A DNA stretch of 64,000 nt from an uncultured virus (IMG/VR IMGVR_UViG_3300020162_002069) (taxonomy: Duplodnaviria; Heunggongvirae; Uroviricota; Caudoviricetes). Where the stretch lies: the IMG/VR virus record IMGVR_UViG_3300020162_002069, one strand, 5' to 3'. A program made the position numbers and the translations under genes. The notes below the pieces were generated by a model that ran no database searches, was not told the origin of the DNA, and worked only from the letters and a program-made list of their open reading frames with translations. Shown here piece after piece: positions 16,163 through 24,981 of the stretch. Each line of letters starts with the position of its first letter. Positions within the stretch are counted from its first letter, which is position 1.

Positions 16163-17878
16163 TTATGGGGATATCATATGCGAAAAACCTTTGACTTTTT
16201 CAAACCGAAGGACAGATTCAAATTTGTCCTCAAGTCCAGTCTTATGAGAAATCACAAATATATTAGCATCCTTAATCACATAACGAATAATCTTAAGAAA
16301 CTCTTCGGTTCCAGTGGAGTCCAGTGAACTATCAAAAATCTCATCAAGTATCATAAGATTGCAGTTTACTGAATTTTTTAATCTTGCAACTTCTCTCCAA
16401 GTAAAGAGTAGTGCTAAATCTATTCTTTGCTTTTCACCTTCACTAAAAGAAGAGTATGAGAAATCTTCATGAATAGGAGACTGAACAGTTTCATTAAATT
16501 CCTGATCAAGAGTGAAGTTAATATAAAAGTCCATCATCTGGAGATAACGATTGACTTGCTGATTAATTAAAGGTAGATACTTCTTAATGATTTTAGATTT
16601 TACTCCACCATCTTTAAGCAAACTATATGAAAAATCATAGTAGTTAATAGTATCTTTTTTAGAGGCAAGACTATCGTAGGTAATTTTTAAGTTGTCTTTA
16701 AATGATTCTAGCTTCTCATGTTCAGTATTTCTGTTTTCAAGTTGTTTGGTAATTGTTTGAACTTCAGACTCAAGATCTCTGATTTGTCTTTGATATCCAG
16801 AGATCTTAATATTGTTTTGAGAAATATCATTAGTAAGTTTTAAAATTTCCTTTGTAATAGTATTGAATTGACGCTCTCTTCCTTCCTCCTCTTTAATTGC
16901 TTCTTCTAGTTCTGTATAACCAGATTGCAACTCTTTTGCTTTATTTTGAGCGTCGTTAATTCTATTTATTCTAAAGGTATCATCAATCTCTTGGGTACAA
17001 GTAGGGCAGACCGTATTTTCTGTGAAGAACTTATGTTCTTTTGTAAGAGTAGATACTTTTTGAGAGATTTTTCCTTTTAGTGTTCCAAATTTTCTAAGTT
17101 TATCACCCGCACCAATATATTCCTCAACTTCTTTTTGTTTTTCAAAAATATTTTCCTCAAGAATTCCACTTTCCCTCATAAACACTTCAACCTCTTTATC
17201 TAAAGTAGAAATTGAATGAAGTTTCTTTTGGATATTTTCTTTTCCTCGATTTTCTAGTTCTTCAATAAAATTTTCTTGCATCTTAACCTTATCCAAGAAG
17301 GATTCTTTTTTAAGGTCTAAGATTTTGATTTCTTCTTTACTCTGACGAATCTTTTCTTTAATCAAAGTATTCATTGAAGAAAATATTTTAATATCCAATA
17401 AGTCTTCAATCACTTCTCGTCTGTGAGCAGCAGAGAGTTGCATAAAAGGAACAAAATTACTACTACCCAAAATTACAATTTGAGTAAAGGACTTATAGTT
17501 CATTTTAAGAATATTCTGCTCTAACCATTTTTGTTGATCAAGAGCAGCAGAAGATTGATCTAGAATTGCATCATTTTTCCAGATTTCAAATATTGCAGGT
17601 TTAATACCCCTTACAACTTTCCAATCACTTTTACCAATAGAAAATTCAACCTCAACTCTACAATCTTTTTCATTTACTGAATTGACCAGTTGTGGTTTGT
17701 TTATACGCCTAAAACTACGCCCAAATAAAGAAAAGCACAGAGCATCAAGAACTGTACTTTTACCGGCACCATTTGTACCAACAATTAAATTTGTTTTATT
17801 TTTGGTAAAATCAATTTCTGTGTATTGATTACCAGTAGACAACAAATTTTTATATTTTATAGTTTTAAATAAAATCAT
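16163..17878 (-). CDS. gp46: Recombination endonuclease ATPase subunit (Rad50/SbcC-like)
   Basis: GTNGAGKST, coiled coil with CPTC hook, FSEGEKQR, ILDEIFD, ISH. Confidence 0.95.
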   Translation of the reverse strand: MILFKTIKYKNLLSTGNQYTEIDFTKNKTNLIVGTNGAGKSTVLDALCFSLFGRSFRRINKPQLVNSVNEKDCRVEVEFSIGKSDWKVVRGIKPAIFEIWKNDAILDQSSAALDQQKWLEQNILKMNYKSFTQIVILGSSNFVPFMQLSAAHRREVIEDLLDIKIFSSMNTLIKEKIRQSKEEIKILDLKKESFLDKVKMQENFIEELENRGKENIQKKLHSISTLDKEVEVFMRESGILEENIFEKQKEVEEYIGAGDKLRKFGTLKGKISQKVSTLTKEHKFFTENTVCPTCTQEIDDTFRINRINDAQNKAKELQSGYTELEEAIKEEEGRERQFNTITKEILKLTNDISQNNIKISGYQRQIRDLESEVQTITKQLENRNTEHEKLESFKDNLKITYDSLASKKDTINYYDFSYSLLKDGGVKSKIIKKYLPLINQQVNRYLQMMDFYINFTLDQEFNETVQSPIHEDFSYSSFSEGEKQRIDLALLFTWREVARLKNSVNCNLMILDEIFDSSLDSTGTEEFLKIIRYVIKDANIFVISHKTGLEDKFESVLRFEKVKGFSHMISP

Positions 17879-18137
17879 AATCAGAATCAGGAGGAATTAC
17901 AATATCATTTGATGTAATAAGGGTATACTGGTATCCGTGCATTTCACAAGTTTTTATCATTACCTCATCTTCAATTTCAATCACATGCATTTCTGGATAT
18001 CCGTCTTCCTCTAACATCATAGCATACCGAGTTGCATCGTCCTCTTCTTGAAAGAGATATAAAATGTGCTCTCCATCATCATCAATTACCGAATATGCAC
18101 CCTCTTTTTCTCTTCCGTTAATTGTTAGAATAAACAT
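17865..18137 (-). CDS. Conserved acidic hypothetical protein
   Basis: Coupled ORF between gp47 and gp46. Confidence 0.75.
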   Translation of the reverse strand: MFILTINGREKEGAYSVIDDDGEHILYLFQEEDDATRYAMMLEEDGYPEMHVIEIEDEVMIKTCEMHGYQYTLITSNDIVIPPDSDYDFI

Positions 18138-19174
18138 CAGACTATTTCACATGCTTCTTGATATATTTCTCCAAGCATTTTTTGAAGAATTGACTTATCA
18201 AGATTAACTTCTGCTTCCTCAATATATCTATTCAGAACAGAAATAGTATCTTCAGATTCAAATGCTTCAAAATCTTCAGATACTTCTATTGCAAAATTTT
18301 CTACTACTTTAAGTTCAGCAATATTTGCATTATAGAGTTTATCTATAAATCTCTCAAATTGTTTAATGTCTGATTTTTTACGAACAATTACACGAACAAT
18401 TTTATTTTCATACTCTCGCACATCAAATGTTTGATATGGAGTATCCTCATAGTATATGTTATAGAACATACGATAAGGATTATCAATATGAAAGTGCTCT
18501 AATGTTTCAGTATCAAAAATAGTAAATCCACGAGGATCATTTACATCATTCCAGTATATCTCATAAGGATTACCCAGATAGAAGACAGTTCCATTATCAG
18601 AACGAGTATGGTAATGACCAGAAAATACTTTTTTGAAGTTTTTAAAAATATTTGCTTCAAGTCCATGTTCATCCATTACTAGATTTTTATTTACTCTAAA
18701 TCCTTGAAGTTCAAGATGCCCCATCGCAACTTTTGCTCTGGTGTTCTTAATCAATTTAAATGATTTATCCTGATTTTCTGAATTGATCCAAGGAAGAAGG
18801 AGAATATTTAAACCACCAATATTAACTTCAGTTGGTTCAGAGTAGGTTGTGATGTTCCCATAATCTTTAAGCAAAAGTTCCGGAGAATTTACTTTATTAG
18901 AATTCTTAAAGTAAACATCATGATTTCCAGTAATTAGATGAACCTTATATTTTGAAAGTGGTTCAAGTACAACTTTACGAGTCCAATCAAGTCCAACAAA
19001 ATCAATTGACTTACGACTATCAAAAGCATCTCCCATATGAATAATAGTATCAATCCCATGCTGTTCCAGTGTTGGGAAAAAAACATTATTATAGAATTGC
19101 TCAAAATAATCTTGAAATAATCTTGAGGATTTTCTGGCAGACCAGTGGGTATCAGTTAAAATTGCTAATTTCAT
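18137..19174 (-). CDS. gp47: Recombination endonuclease nuclease subunit (Mre11/SbcD-like)
   Basis: TDTHW, GDAFD, GNHD, GHLE, SGHYH metallophosphoesterase motifs. Confidence 0.95.
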   Translation of the reverse strand: MKLAILTDTHWSARKSSRLFQDYFEQFYNNVFFPTLEQHGIDTIIHMGDAFDSRKSIDFVGLDWTRKVVLEPLSKYKVHLITGNHDVYFKNSNKVNSPELLLKDYGNITTYSEPTEVNIGGLNILLLPWINSENQDKSFKLIKNTRAKVAMGHLELQGFRVNKNLVMDEHGLEANIFKNFKKVFSGHYHTRSDNGTVFYLGNPYEIYWNDVNDPRGFTIFDTETLEHFHIDNPYRMFYNIYYEDTPYQTFDVREYENKIVRVIVRKKSDIKQFERFIDKLYNANIAELKVVENFAIEVSEDFEAFESEDTISVLNRYIEEAEVNLDKSILQKMLGEIYQEACEIV

Positions 19175-19695
19175 TTAGAACCTTTACTTCGGTTTTCTTT
19201 CATAGTTAAAATTTGAAGATTATCTGGATGATGTAACCCACCATTACATATAGGAATAATATGATCCACTTCGTGAGGTATTCCTATTTCAGTAGAAATT
19301 TTACTACACTCTTGATAGATAGTCAATATTTGTTTGATTTCATCTTCAGTCAAATAAGGAGTTTGATCTTTTACTGTTGCTCTTCTTTTTGCGGATTTAG
19401 CATTATTTTTTTCAGGATATCTTTTATTTTGATCTTTCCATTTTTCTGGATTTTGTTCTCTCCATCTATCTAATCTTTTTTTTGTTTTCTCCTTTGTCCT
19501 ATAAGGTTTCATTAATTCTTCATTATTAAGTTTTTCTAAACCAGATTTTATGGCGCAGGGAGCACAAGAATTATTAGAAACATATCTTTCATAAGAACAA
19601 CATTTTTTGCATGGAGTTTCACTAATATACTTTTTTTCTCCGTTTTCTATTGCTTTAAGTCTATTTACTCTTGATTGTGAATACTGATTAGGCAT
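19171..19695 (-). CDS. Free-standing HNH endonuclease with an N-terminal Cys cluster
   Basis: HEVDHIIPICNGGLHHPDNLQILTMKEN; CKKC..CAPC; ATG 19695 has a GGAG ribosome-binding site. Confidence 0.85.
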   Translation of the reverse strand: MPNQYSQSRVNRLKAIENGEKKYISETPCKKCCSYERYVSNNSCAPCAIKSGLEKLNNEELMKPYRTKEKTKKRLDRWREQNPEKWKDQNKRYPEKNNAKSAKRRATVKDQTPYLTEDEIKQILTIYQECSKISTEIGIPHEVDHIIPICNGGLHHPDNLQILTMKENRSKGSK

Positions 19696-19696
19696 A

Positions 19697-19737
19697 ATGC
19701 TCCATAATGTTTCCATTATTTATACACTGTGGTGCAT
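19697..19737 (-). promoter_or_regulatory. Late promoter TATAAATA inside a hairpin that sequesters the ribosome-binding site
   Basis: Arms 19737-19724 (ATGCACCACAGTGT) and 19710-19697 (ACATTATGGAGCAT) pair at 12 of 14 positions; TATAAATA at 19724-19717. Confidence 0.65.
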
Positions 19738-19739
19738 AA

Positions 19740-20279
19740 TCAATATCTCAACTTACTATGAACTCCATCTTTTATTGAGTTATAATCTGAATAATTTGTA
19801 CCGTCAACCGTATTGTCGTCAGTGAAAACATCTGAATACCCAGAACGTTCAAGAATTTTATTTTTAATTTCTAACTGACGTTTTTCTCTTTGAATGCGAC
19901 GAAGAAACGCAAAGTGAATAATTTGAGTGAAGTATGCGAAAGGATTTTGCGACCTTTCTGGATTAAAGTTATGAATGTATTGAACGCAATTTTCAATGCC
20001 ATCAGAAATCATATCTTCCTTAAACATATAGTTTACGAAGTTTGGTTTAAAGGAAAGGTGATTTGCAATCTTCAAAAAACACTCTCCAACATATCTAGGG
20101 ATTTGAGGTTTTGTTTCCCATCTTTTTGCTCTATCTTCTTTCAGAGGTTCTCTTCCATGTAGTTGAATAAAAGTAATCTCCACATCCTCACGATACTTGA
20201 TGAGTGCTGCAAGAAACTCCTTGTTATTAACGTAATGCTCTGACCTTTTTCTCTTGGCCATAACTGCTGTGGTTATCAT
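19740..20279 (-). CDS. gp55: Late-transcription sigma factor
   Basis: HYVNNKEF, KIANHLSFKPNFVNY, MISDGIENC, NPFAYFTQI, AFLRRI. Confidence 0.95.
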   Translation of the reverse strand: MITTAVMAKRKRSEHYVNNKEFLAALIKYREDVEITFIQLHGREPLKEDRAKRWETKPQIPRYVGECFLKIANHLSFKPNFVNYMFKEDMISDGIENCVQYIHNFNPERSQNPFAYFTQIIHFAFLRRIQREKRQLEIKNKILERSGYSDVFTDDNTVDGTNYSDYNSIKDGVHSKLRY

Positions 20280-20304
20280 AAGTTTTTATCATTATTATGT
20301 AGAT

Positions 20305-20333
20305 ATTATAACACTTATGTAAATGGTTGACAA
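20305..20333 (-). promoter_or_regulatory. Sigma70-type promoter for gp55
   Basis: TTGTCA-17 nt-TATAAT with TGn extension. Confidence 0.75.
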
Positions 20334-20355
20334 GGTTTCAGAAACTCTGTATAAT
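20327..20355 (+). promoter_or_regulatory. Perfect sigma70 promoter in antisense orientation
   Basis: TTGACA-17 nt-TATAAT; no credible + strand gene downstream. Confidence 0.7.
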
Positions 20356-20395
20356 AACCTTTGTGAGGGTTCATAAGTTATATCTCTTTAATACT

Positions 20396-20788
20396 TTAAG
20401 AAAGCTTAAAGATCTTTTCTAATATTTCTTTAGCATCATTAACATTAGATATGTATCCCATTCTACGTGTAATCCTTGACTCATTATTTTTTTCTTTACC
20501 AGATTGACGAACATAAGATTGATACATCATTATCATTTCAATATCAGAAGACTCTGAAAGAGTAAGAACGTCTTGTAAGTTAATAATAAACATGTCTTCT
20601 GTAGTAGTCTTTAACCAGGGTTCTATTTTATATCCCACTGTTTTAGATCTATTTTTTATTTCAGAAACTACTATGGGGTTCGAAACAATTAACATAGTTC
20701 TATCATTTTCTTCTGAAGCTGCCACCTTAGCAAATATTTCTTCACCTGTTTTTAATTTAAGAGTGCAGTAAAAATCCTCTTCTATCAT
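20396..20788 (-). CDS. Conserved hypothetical protein downstream of uvsW (possibly Sm-like)
   Basis: LKLKTGEEIFAKV start, EPW motif; 4-nt overlap with uvsW. Confidence 0.75.
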   Translation of the reverse strand: MIEEDFYCTLKLKTGEEIFAKVAASEENDRTMLIVSNPIVVSEIKNRSKTVGYKIEPWLKTTTEDMFIINLQDVLTLSESSDIEMIMMYQSYVRQSGKEKNNESRITRRMGYISNVNDAKEILEKIFKLS

Positions 20789-22257
20789 TTCTTTAATTGT
20801 ATTGTGAGTATTTCGTAATTAAAGTTCTCTTCGTTATATATTTTGATGCGTTCAATGAGATGATTTAAGGTGTAATTTTTTCTTGAATTATAAGTACAAT
20901 CATCGGCAATATCATAAAGTTTGGCTTTATCTTTATTTTTTCCTTTTCTAAGTACTCTTCCAATTGATTGCAGGTTTCGTATTCTTGATTTAGATGGAGA
21001 AGCAAAGATTACATTATGTAGCATCTTAATATTTATTCCAGTACTAAAAACACCATAAGAAGCAACAATAATTGCGTTGTTTTCTCTTTCTGCAATTTCT
21101 CTCACCAACTCTCTTTCTTCAGTATCCACTCCACCATGAATAAAAAATACTTTACGTTCACCTTGCTTATGAGTATTTATCAGTTCGTAAAGTATTGCTC
21201 CGTGAGTTTCTACTCGACTATAAAGAACTAAAGTATTTCCTTTTAAATCTAAAGAAAGATTTGTGATAAATTTATTTCTCTGTTCATGACTAATTAGATA
21301 TTGGATTTCATCTTCATAAGTTTCAAATTTTCGTGGTAAGTGCTTAAGAACAAGACACTGAATATTCAGTTCAGAAATATATCCTTGTTCCATCAACTCT
21401 ATTGTTCTTGTAACTTTATATGATGGTCCAAACACACCTTCCAAAACCCATTTATGAGTTTGAGTTCCATCTAGAGTTCCAGTAAACCCAAAACGATATT
21501 TTGCATGATGAAGTTTGGTCATTATTTCAATCAATGATTTGCTCTTGAATAAATGAGCTTCATCACCTATAATAACTCCATAATCTTCAAAAAATGAACG
21601 TTCTAGTTTATATACTGATTGCCATGTTGTAATAGTAACGGGATGTTCATTTGTTTTTTCTCTTCCAGAATAAATGCGATGACAATATGATTCAACATCC
21701 CAACCATAATCCCCAAAATCCTTGTACATTTGCTCTACAAGAGATGTCGTTGGAACAACTAAAAGAATTTTTTGACCTCTCTCAACATAATATCTTGCAA
21801 GAGAATAAATCATCAGAGATTTGCCACTCGCAGTGGGGCTTATCAATAATTTTCTATTGTGTTTTAAAGCATCGTATACTCCATCAATTTGATAATCTCT
21901 AGGAGAATGAGAACATATAGACTTCATATAGTCTTTTACACCCTCAAATGATATCATATCATTTATTTCAAAGGGTTGACCATAAAATTTATTTTCTTTA
22001 AACTCATATGTATAATTATGAAGAGTGAGTTTATCAATTATTTTATCTAATAAACCAACGTAAATTTCTCCAGTATGGGTGCTTAACAAACGAATCTTTC
22101 CATCCCAGTGCCTACTTCTATACTGGGACATAAATTTCGCAGACTCAACTTCAAATGTAAAGTATGGTTGAAGTTCGTATAAAATATGTGGATCGCAATG
22201 AAGTTTTAGATGCACTTCATTTTTCTTTTCAATAATTACGTCACTCATAGTAATCAT
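20785..22257 (-). CDS. uvsW: UvsW SF2 helicase
   Basis: RDYQ, SPTASGKS, GDEAH, FTGT, QSIGRVLR. Confidence 0.95.
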   Translation of the reverse strand: MITMSDVIIEKKNEVHLKLHCDPHILYELQPYFTFEVESAKFMSQYRSRHWDGKIRLLSTHTGEIYVGLLDKIIDKLTLHNYTYEFKENKFYGQPFEINDMISFEGVKDYMKSICSHSPRDYQIDGVYDALKHNRKLLISPTASGKSLMIYSLARYYVERGQKILLVVPTTSLVEQMYKDFGDYGWDVESYCHRIYSGREKTNEHPVTITTWQSVYKLERSFFEDYGVIIGDEAHLFKSKSLIEIMTKLHHAKYRFGFTGTLDGTQTHKWVLEGVFGPSYKVTRTIELMEQGYISELNIQCLVLKHLPRKFETYEDEIQYLISHEQRNKFITNLSLDLKGNTLVLYSRVETHGAILYELINTHKQGERKVFFIHGGVDTEERELVREIAERENNAIIVASYGVFSTGINIKMLHNVIFASPSKSRIRNLQSIGRVLRKGKNKDKAKLYDIADDCTYNSRKNYTLNHLIERIKIYNEENFNYEILTIQLKK

Positions 22258-22275
22258 AATACTATGAGTATTTAT

Positions 22276-22713
22276 TTAACTCAATCCAGCAGTAAATCTC
22301 ATAAACTCGATGGCATTCTTAATTTGATAAGTTCTATTCGATATCATTTTGAGAATACTATCAACATATATGAGCATTGTTTCGTAATAATCAACCTTTA
22401 ATGAAGATTGTGATAACTTTTCGTCAGAGTCTAAGTATCCTTGAAGTGTTTCTTTATCTCTGACTTTTTTTGGAAATGGGTTTTCTAGATAAACATCAGG
22501 GTCTGCTTTACCTGTAAAATATTCATACTTTTGATGTCTAATATTTTTTTTCTGTTGTTCTGCTTTTTTCTTTAATAAAAGAATTGTATTATGAATTTCA
22601 AAATATTTTGAATGAAGAATTGGAATATTTAAAGATTCTGTATGAAGATTATCTGGATCTATTTTGGAATCTTGCTCCCACATTTTTTGAATTACATCAA
22701 GGTCTAAACTCAT
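22276..22713 (-). CDS. uvsY: UvsY recombination mediator
   Basis: WEQDSKID, IPILHSKY, RTYQIKNAIEF; adjacent to uvsW. Confidence 0.88.
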   Translation of the reverse strand: MSLDLDVIQKMWEQDSKIDPDNLHTESLNIPILHSKYFEIHNTILLLKKKAEQQKKNIRHQKYEYFTGKADPDVYLENPFPKKVRDKETLQGYLDSDEKLSQSSLKVDYYETMLIYVDSILKMISNRTYQIKNAIEFMRFTAGLS

Positions 22714-23258
22714 AAGGGATTTCCGCCTAGATCTACTATATTGTAGATAGTATACTTGAAACTCACGTCTGCTGTAAAGTACTGAACATCAGTTGCTGTT
22801 GCATCAAACGATAAAGTTCCTAATGAATATGGAAATAAATCTTTAAATATAATTTGAAAATTTGGAACTGATGAACTTGTTAAAATTTGAAGTGTTCCAT
22901 CAGAGTAAATATTTTGTCTATCGTTTAAATAGTTTCCTTTAGCTATTCCAGATCTATTTAAATCTCTAAATTCCTGCACTTCCTCTGGGTATCCAAGTCC
23001 ACGAATCCAATTTTGAACCTCCATATAGTTTTCTAAATCTTCATCTACAAGAAATCTTAAAGAAAAATCACCAAAGACTATTTTATCTCCTGGAGTATCA
23101 ATATCTTTTAAGTAAGATGGTTGAATAGCAATTCCTAGATTTAAATCTGGAATATTTGCAGAGTTACAAAAAAATGAAACTTTAGGAGCTCTTTTTAAAG
23201 AAAATTTAAATCCTGTAGGAGATAAAAAGTTTCTATTTTGTGGTTGATCGGATGACAT
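22710..23258 (-). CDS. gp3: Tail completion / tube terminator protein
   Basis: NFLSPTGFKF, FLVDEDLENY, FKDLFPYSL; position between gp23 and uvsY. Confidence 0.85.
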   Translation of the reverse strand: MSSDQPQNRNFLSPTGFKFSLKRAPKVSFFCNSANIPDLNLGIAIQPSYLKDIDTPGDKIVFGDFSLRFLVDEDLENYMEVQNWIRGLGYPEEVQEFRDLNRSGIAKGNYLNDRQNIYSDGTLQILTSSSVPNFQIIFKDLFPYSLGTLSFDATATDVQYFTADVSFKYTIYNIVDLGGNPL

Positions 23259-23269
23259 TACTTATATCC

Positions 23270-23428
23270 TCATTCATTAATAATAGTGCCGTACCATTCT
23301 TCACTCATACCATTAATAATTAAATCAGCAGACTCTTTGTCTTGAGCATAACCTTCCCTGATTAAATGCTCAACAATAATATTATACTTTTCAATTGCTT
23401 CTTTTGTTTCTCTTGGTGTTGATTTCAT
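23270..23428 (-). CDS. Small hypothetical protein (52 aa)
   Basis: Hand translation MKSTPRETKEAIEKYNIIVEHLIREGYAQDKESADLIINGMSEEWYGTIINE; AAGGA and CTAAATA upstream. Confidence 0.65.
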   Translation of the reverse strand: MKSTPRETKEAIEKYNIIVEHLIREGYAQDKESADLIINGMSEEWYGTIINE

Positions 23429-23460
23429 TTTAATTATAATATCCTTATTTTTATTTAGAT

Positions 23461-23487
23461 AAAAAAAAGACCCCCCGAAGGAGGTCT
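23461..23487 (-). terminator. Rho-independent terminator after gp23
   Basis: AGACCTCC-TTCG-GGGGGTCT followed by a T-run; C(UUCG)G tetraloop. Confidence 0.9.
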
Positions 23488-23509
23488 CGTATAATCTTGT
23501 GAGAAAGAC

Positions 23510-24925
23510 TTACATGAGATTTTTGACCGCAACTCTACGATAGTAACGGTTTGCATTAATTGAAAGACCGCCAAGACCTGCATTAGTACCCTCAGCGAAT
23601 GGGTTTGCAACCATTCCGTAACGGGTCTTAAATCCAATTTTTGGTTGGAAGTTGTTCTCACCAACGGCACGAACCATTTGGAGAGGAACATAAGGGCAGT
23701 AGAAGAGTCCTGCATCATAAGGAGAAGAACCCTTATAACCAACAACATAATACTGGTTGCCAGGAGTTCCGTTAGCGGTCGTCAGGTTAGCAGCATATGG
23801 GTCAATGTATACACGGAATTTGCCCATCAAAGTACCAGCAAAAGTATTGCCAGTATCATCAACGTTCAGATTACTGTTGAGAGCAGGAGTATAGTCAAGA
23901 ACGCCAGCCATGGTCAGTGCTGAAGCAACATCCGCAGAGCACAGGATGATGTTACCCTTTCCACGACGAGTTCTTTGTGCGATTGCGTTAGCATCACGCT
24001 CAATTTGGAACAGAAGTCCTTTGAACTTCTCAACTGACCAACGACCATTGGAGTCAATATCCAAGTCGAAGATACCAGGTGTAGCAACGTTTTGTACCGC
24101 ACCCTGTTCAGCAACCTTATAGACGGTTCTGATAACTTCACGGTTGATTTCAGCAAGAATCTCTGTGGAGAGAATATTTGCCAATTCTGCTTCAGCATTC
24201 AGACCGTGAATTGCCTTGAGGTCTTGTGCGAGCTCAAGTGAATACTCAGCTTTCAGAGCACGTGACTTTGCAGTAACGGTGACTTTCTCGATTGAGAATG
24301 CCATCTGGTTGAATGCATCACCACCAGTACCATCAAGGTTCTCAGCAGAATCTGTACGCAGACCTTGACCTACGTTATATGCTGTTGAAGTAGCAGTACC
24401 AACTGGGTTTAGAACTGAAGGATTAGTACCACCTTGTGTAGTAGTACCCATACCAACGGTGCCGTTGGTAAATCCATTAGCATCATCAAGACCTGCTGGT
24501 TGACCAGAGAACGAAGAATCTGCTTCGTTGAAGAATGCTTCAGTACCATTTTGGTTCACATAACGTGAACGCATTGCGAAGATGAGTCCAGTAGGACCAC
24601 TCATTGGTTGAACGCCTGCGATATCATAGGCGATCAAATTAGGCATTGAACGTCTGATCAATGAGATCAGAACGGGATCGAAACCTGCGGTAGGACCACC
24701 AGCAGATGATCCTCCTGTGTATCCACCATTACCAACTGAGTTGGTTGGTGCTTCCGTCAGGAATGAACCTGCGGTTTCGAAAGAGGATTGCTCTCTTAAA
24801 AATCTTTCTTGGTTTTCTAACAGGACTGCGGTTACCGCTCTACGATGTGAATCTTTGATTGAATCAAGACCCTCATAATTGAGAAGAGGTGCCCACTTTT
24901 CCTGCAGATGCTCTGATTGGAACAT
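23510..24925 (-). CDS. gp23: Major capsid protein
   Basis: LLENQE, GVQPMSGPTGLIFAMRSRY, AKSRALKAEYSLELAQDLKAIHGL, QPKIGFKTRYG. Confidence 0.98.
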   Translation of the reverse strand: MFQSEHLQEKWAPLLNYEGLDSIKDSHRRAVTAVLLENQERFLREQSSFETAGSFLTEAPTNSVGNGGYTGGSSAGGPTAGFDPVLISLIRRSMPNLIAYDIAGVQPMSGPTGLIFAMRSRYVNQNGTEAFFNEADSSFSGQPAGLDDANGFTNGTVGMGTTTQGGTNPSVLNPVGTATSTAYNVGQGLRTDSAENLDGTGGDAFNQMAFSIEKVTVTAKSRALKAEYSLELAQDLKAIHGLNAEAELANILSTEILAEINREVIRTVYKVAEQGAVQNVATPGIFDLDIDSNGRWSVEKFKGLLFQIERDANAIAQRTRRGKGNIILCSADVASALTMAGVLDYTPALNSNLNVDDTGNTFAGTLMGKFRVYIDPYAANLTTANGTPGNQYYVVGYKGSSPYDAGLFYCPYVPLQMVRAVGENNFQPKIGFKTRYGMVANPFAEGTNAGLGGLSINANRYYRRVAVKNLM

Positions 24926-24981
24926 TTGCTTTTACCTTTGTTAAGTGTTTGTTTTTTGTGTTTGAATTATATTAAATTCAA

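Noticed and set aside
23455..24198. Alternative-frame and antisense ORFs within gp23
   Set aside because: They have no motifs or ribosome-binding sites and are expected from codon bias in a highly expressed gene. The same applies to the other short shadow ORFs in the track.
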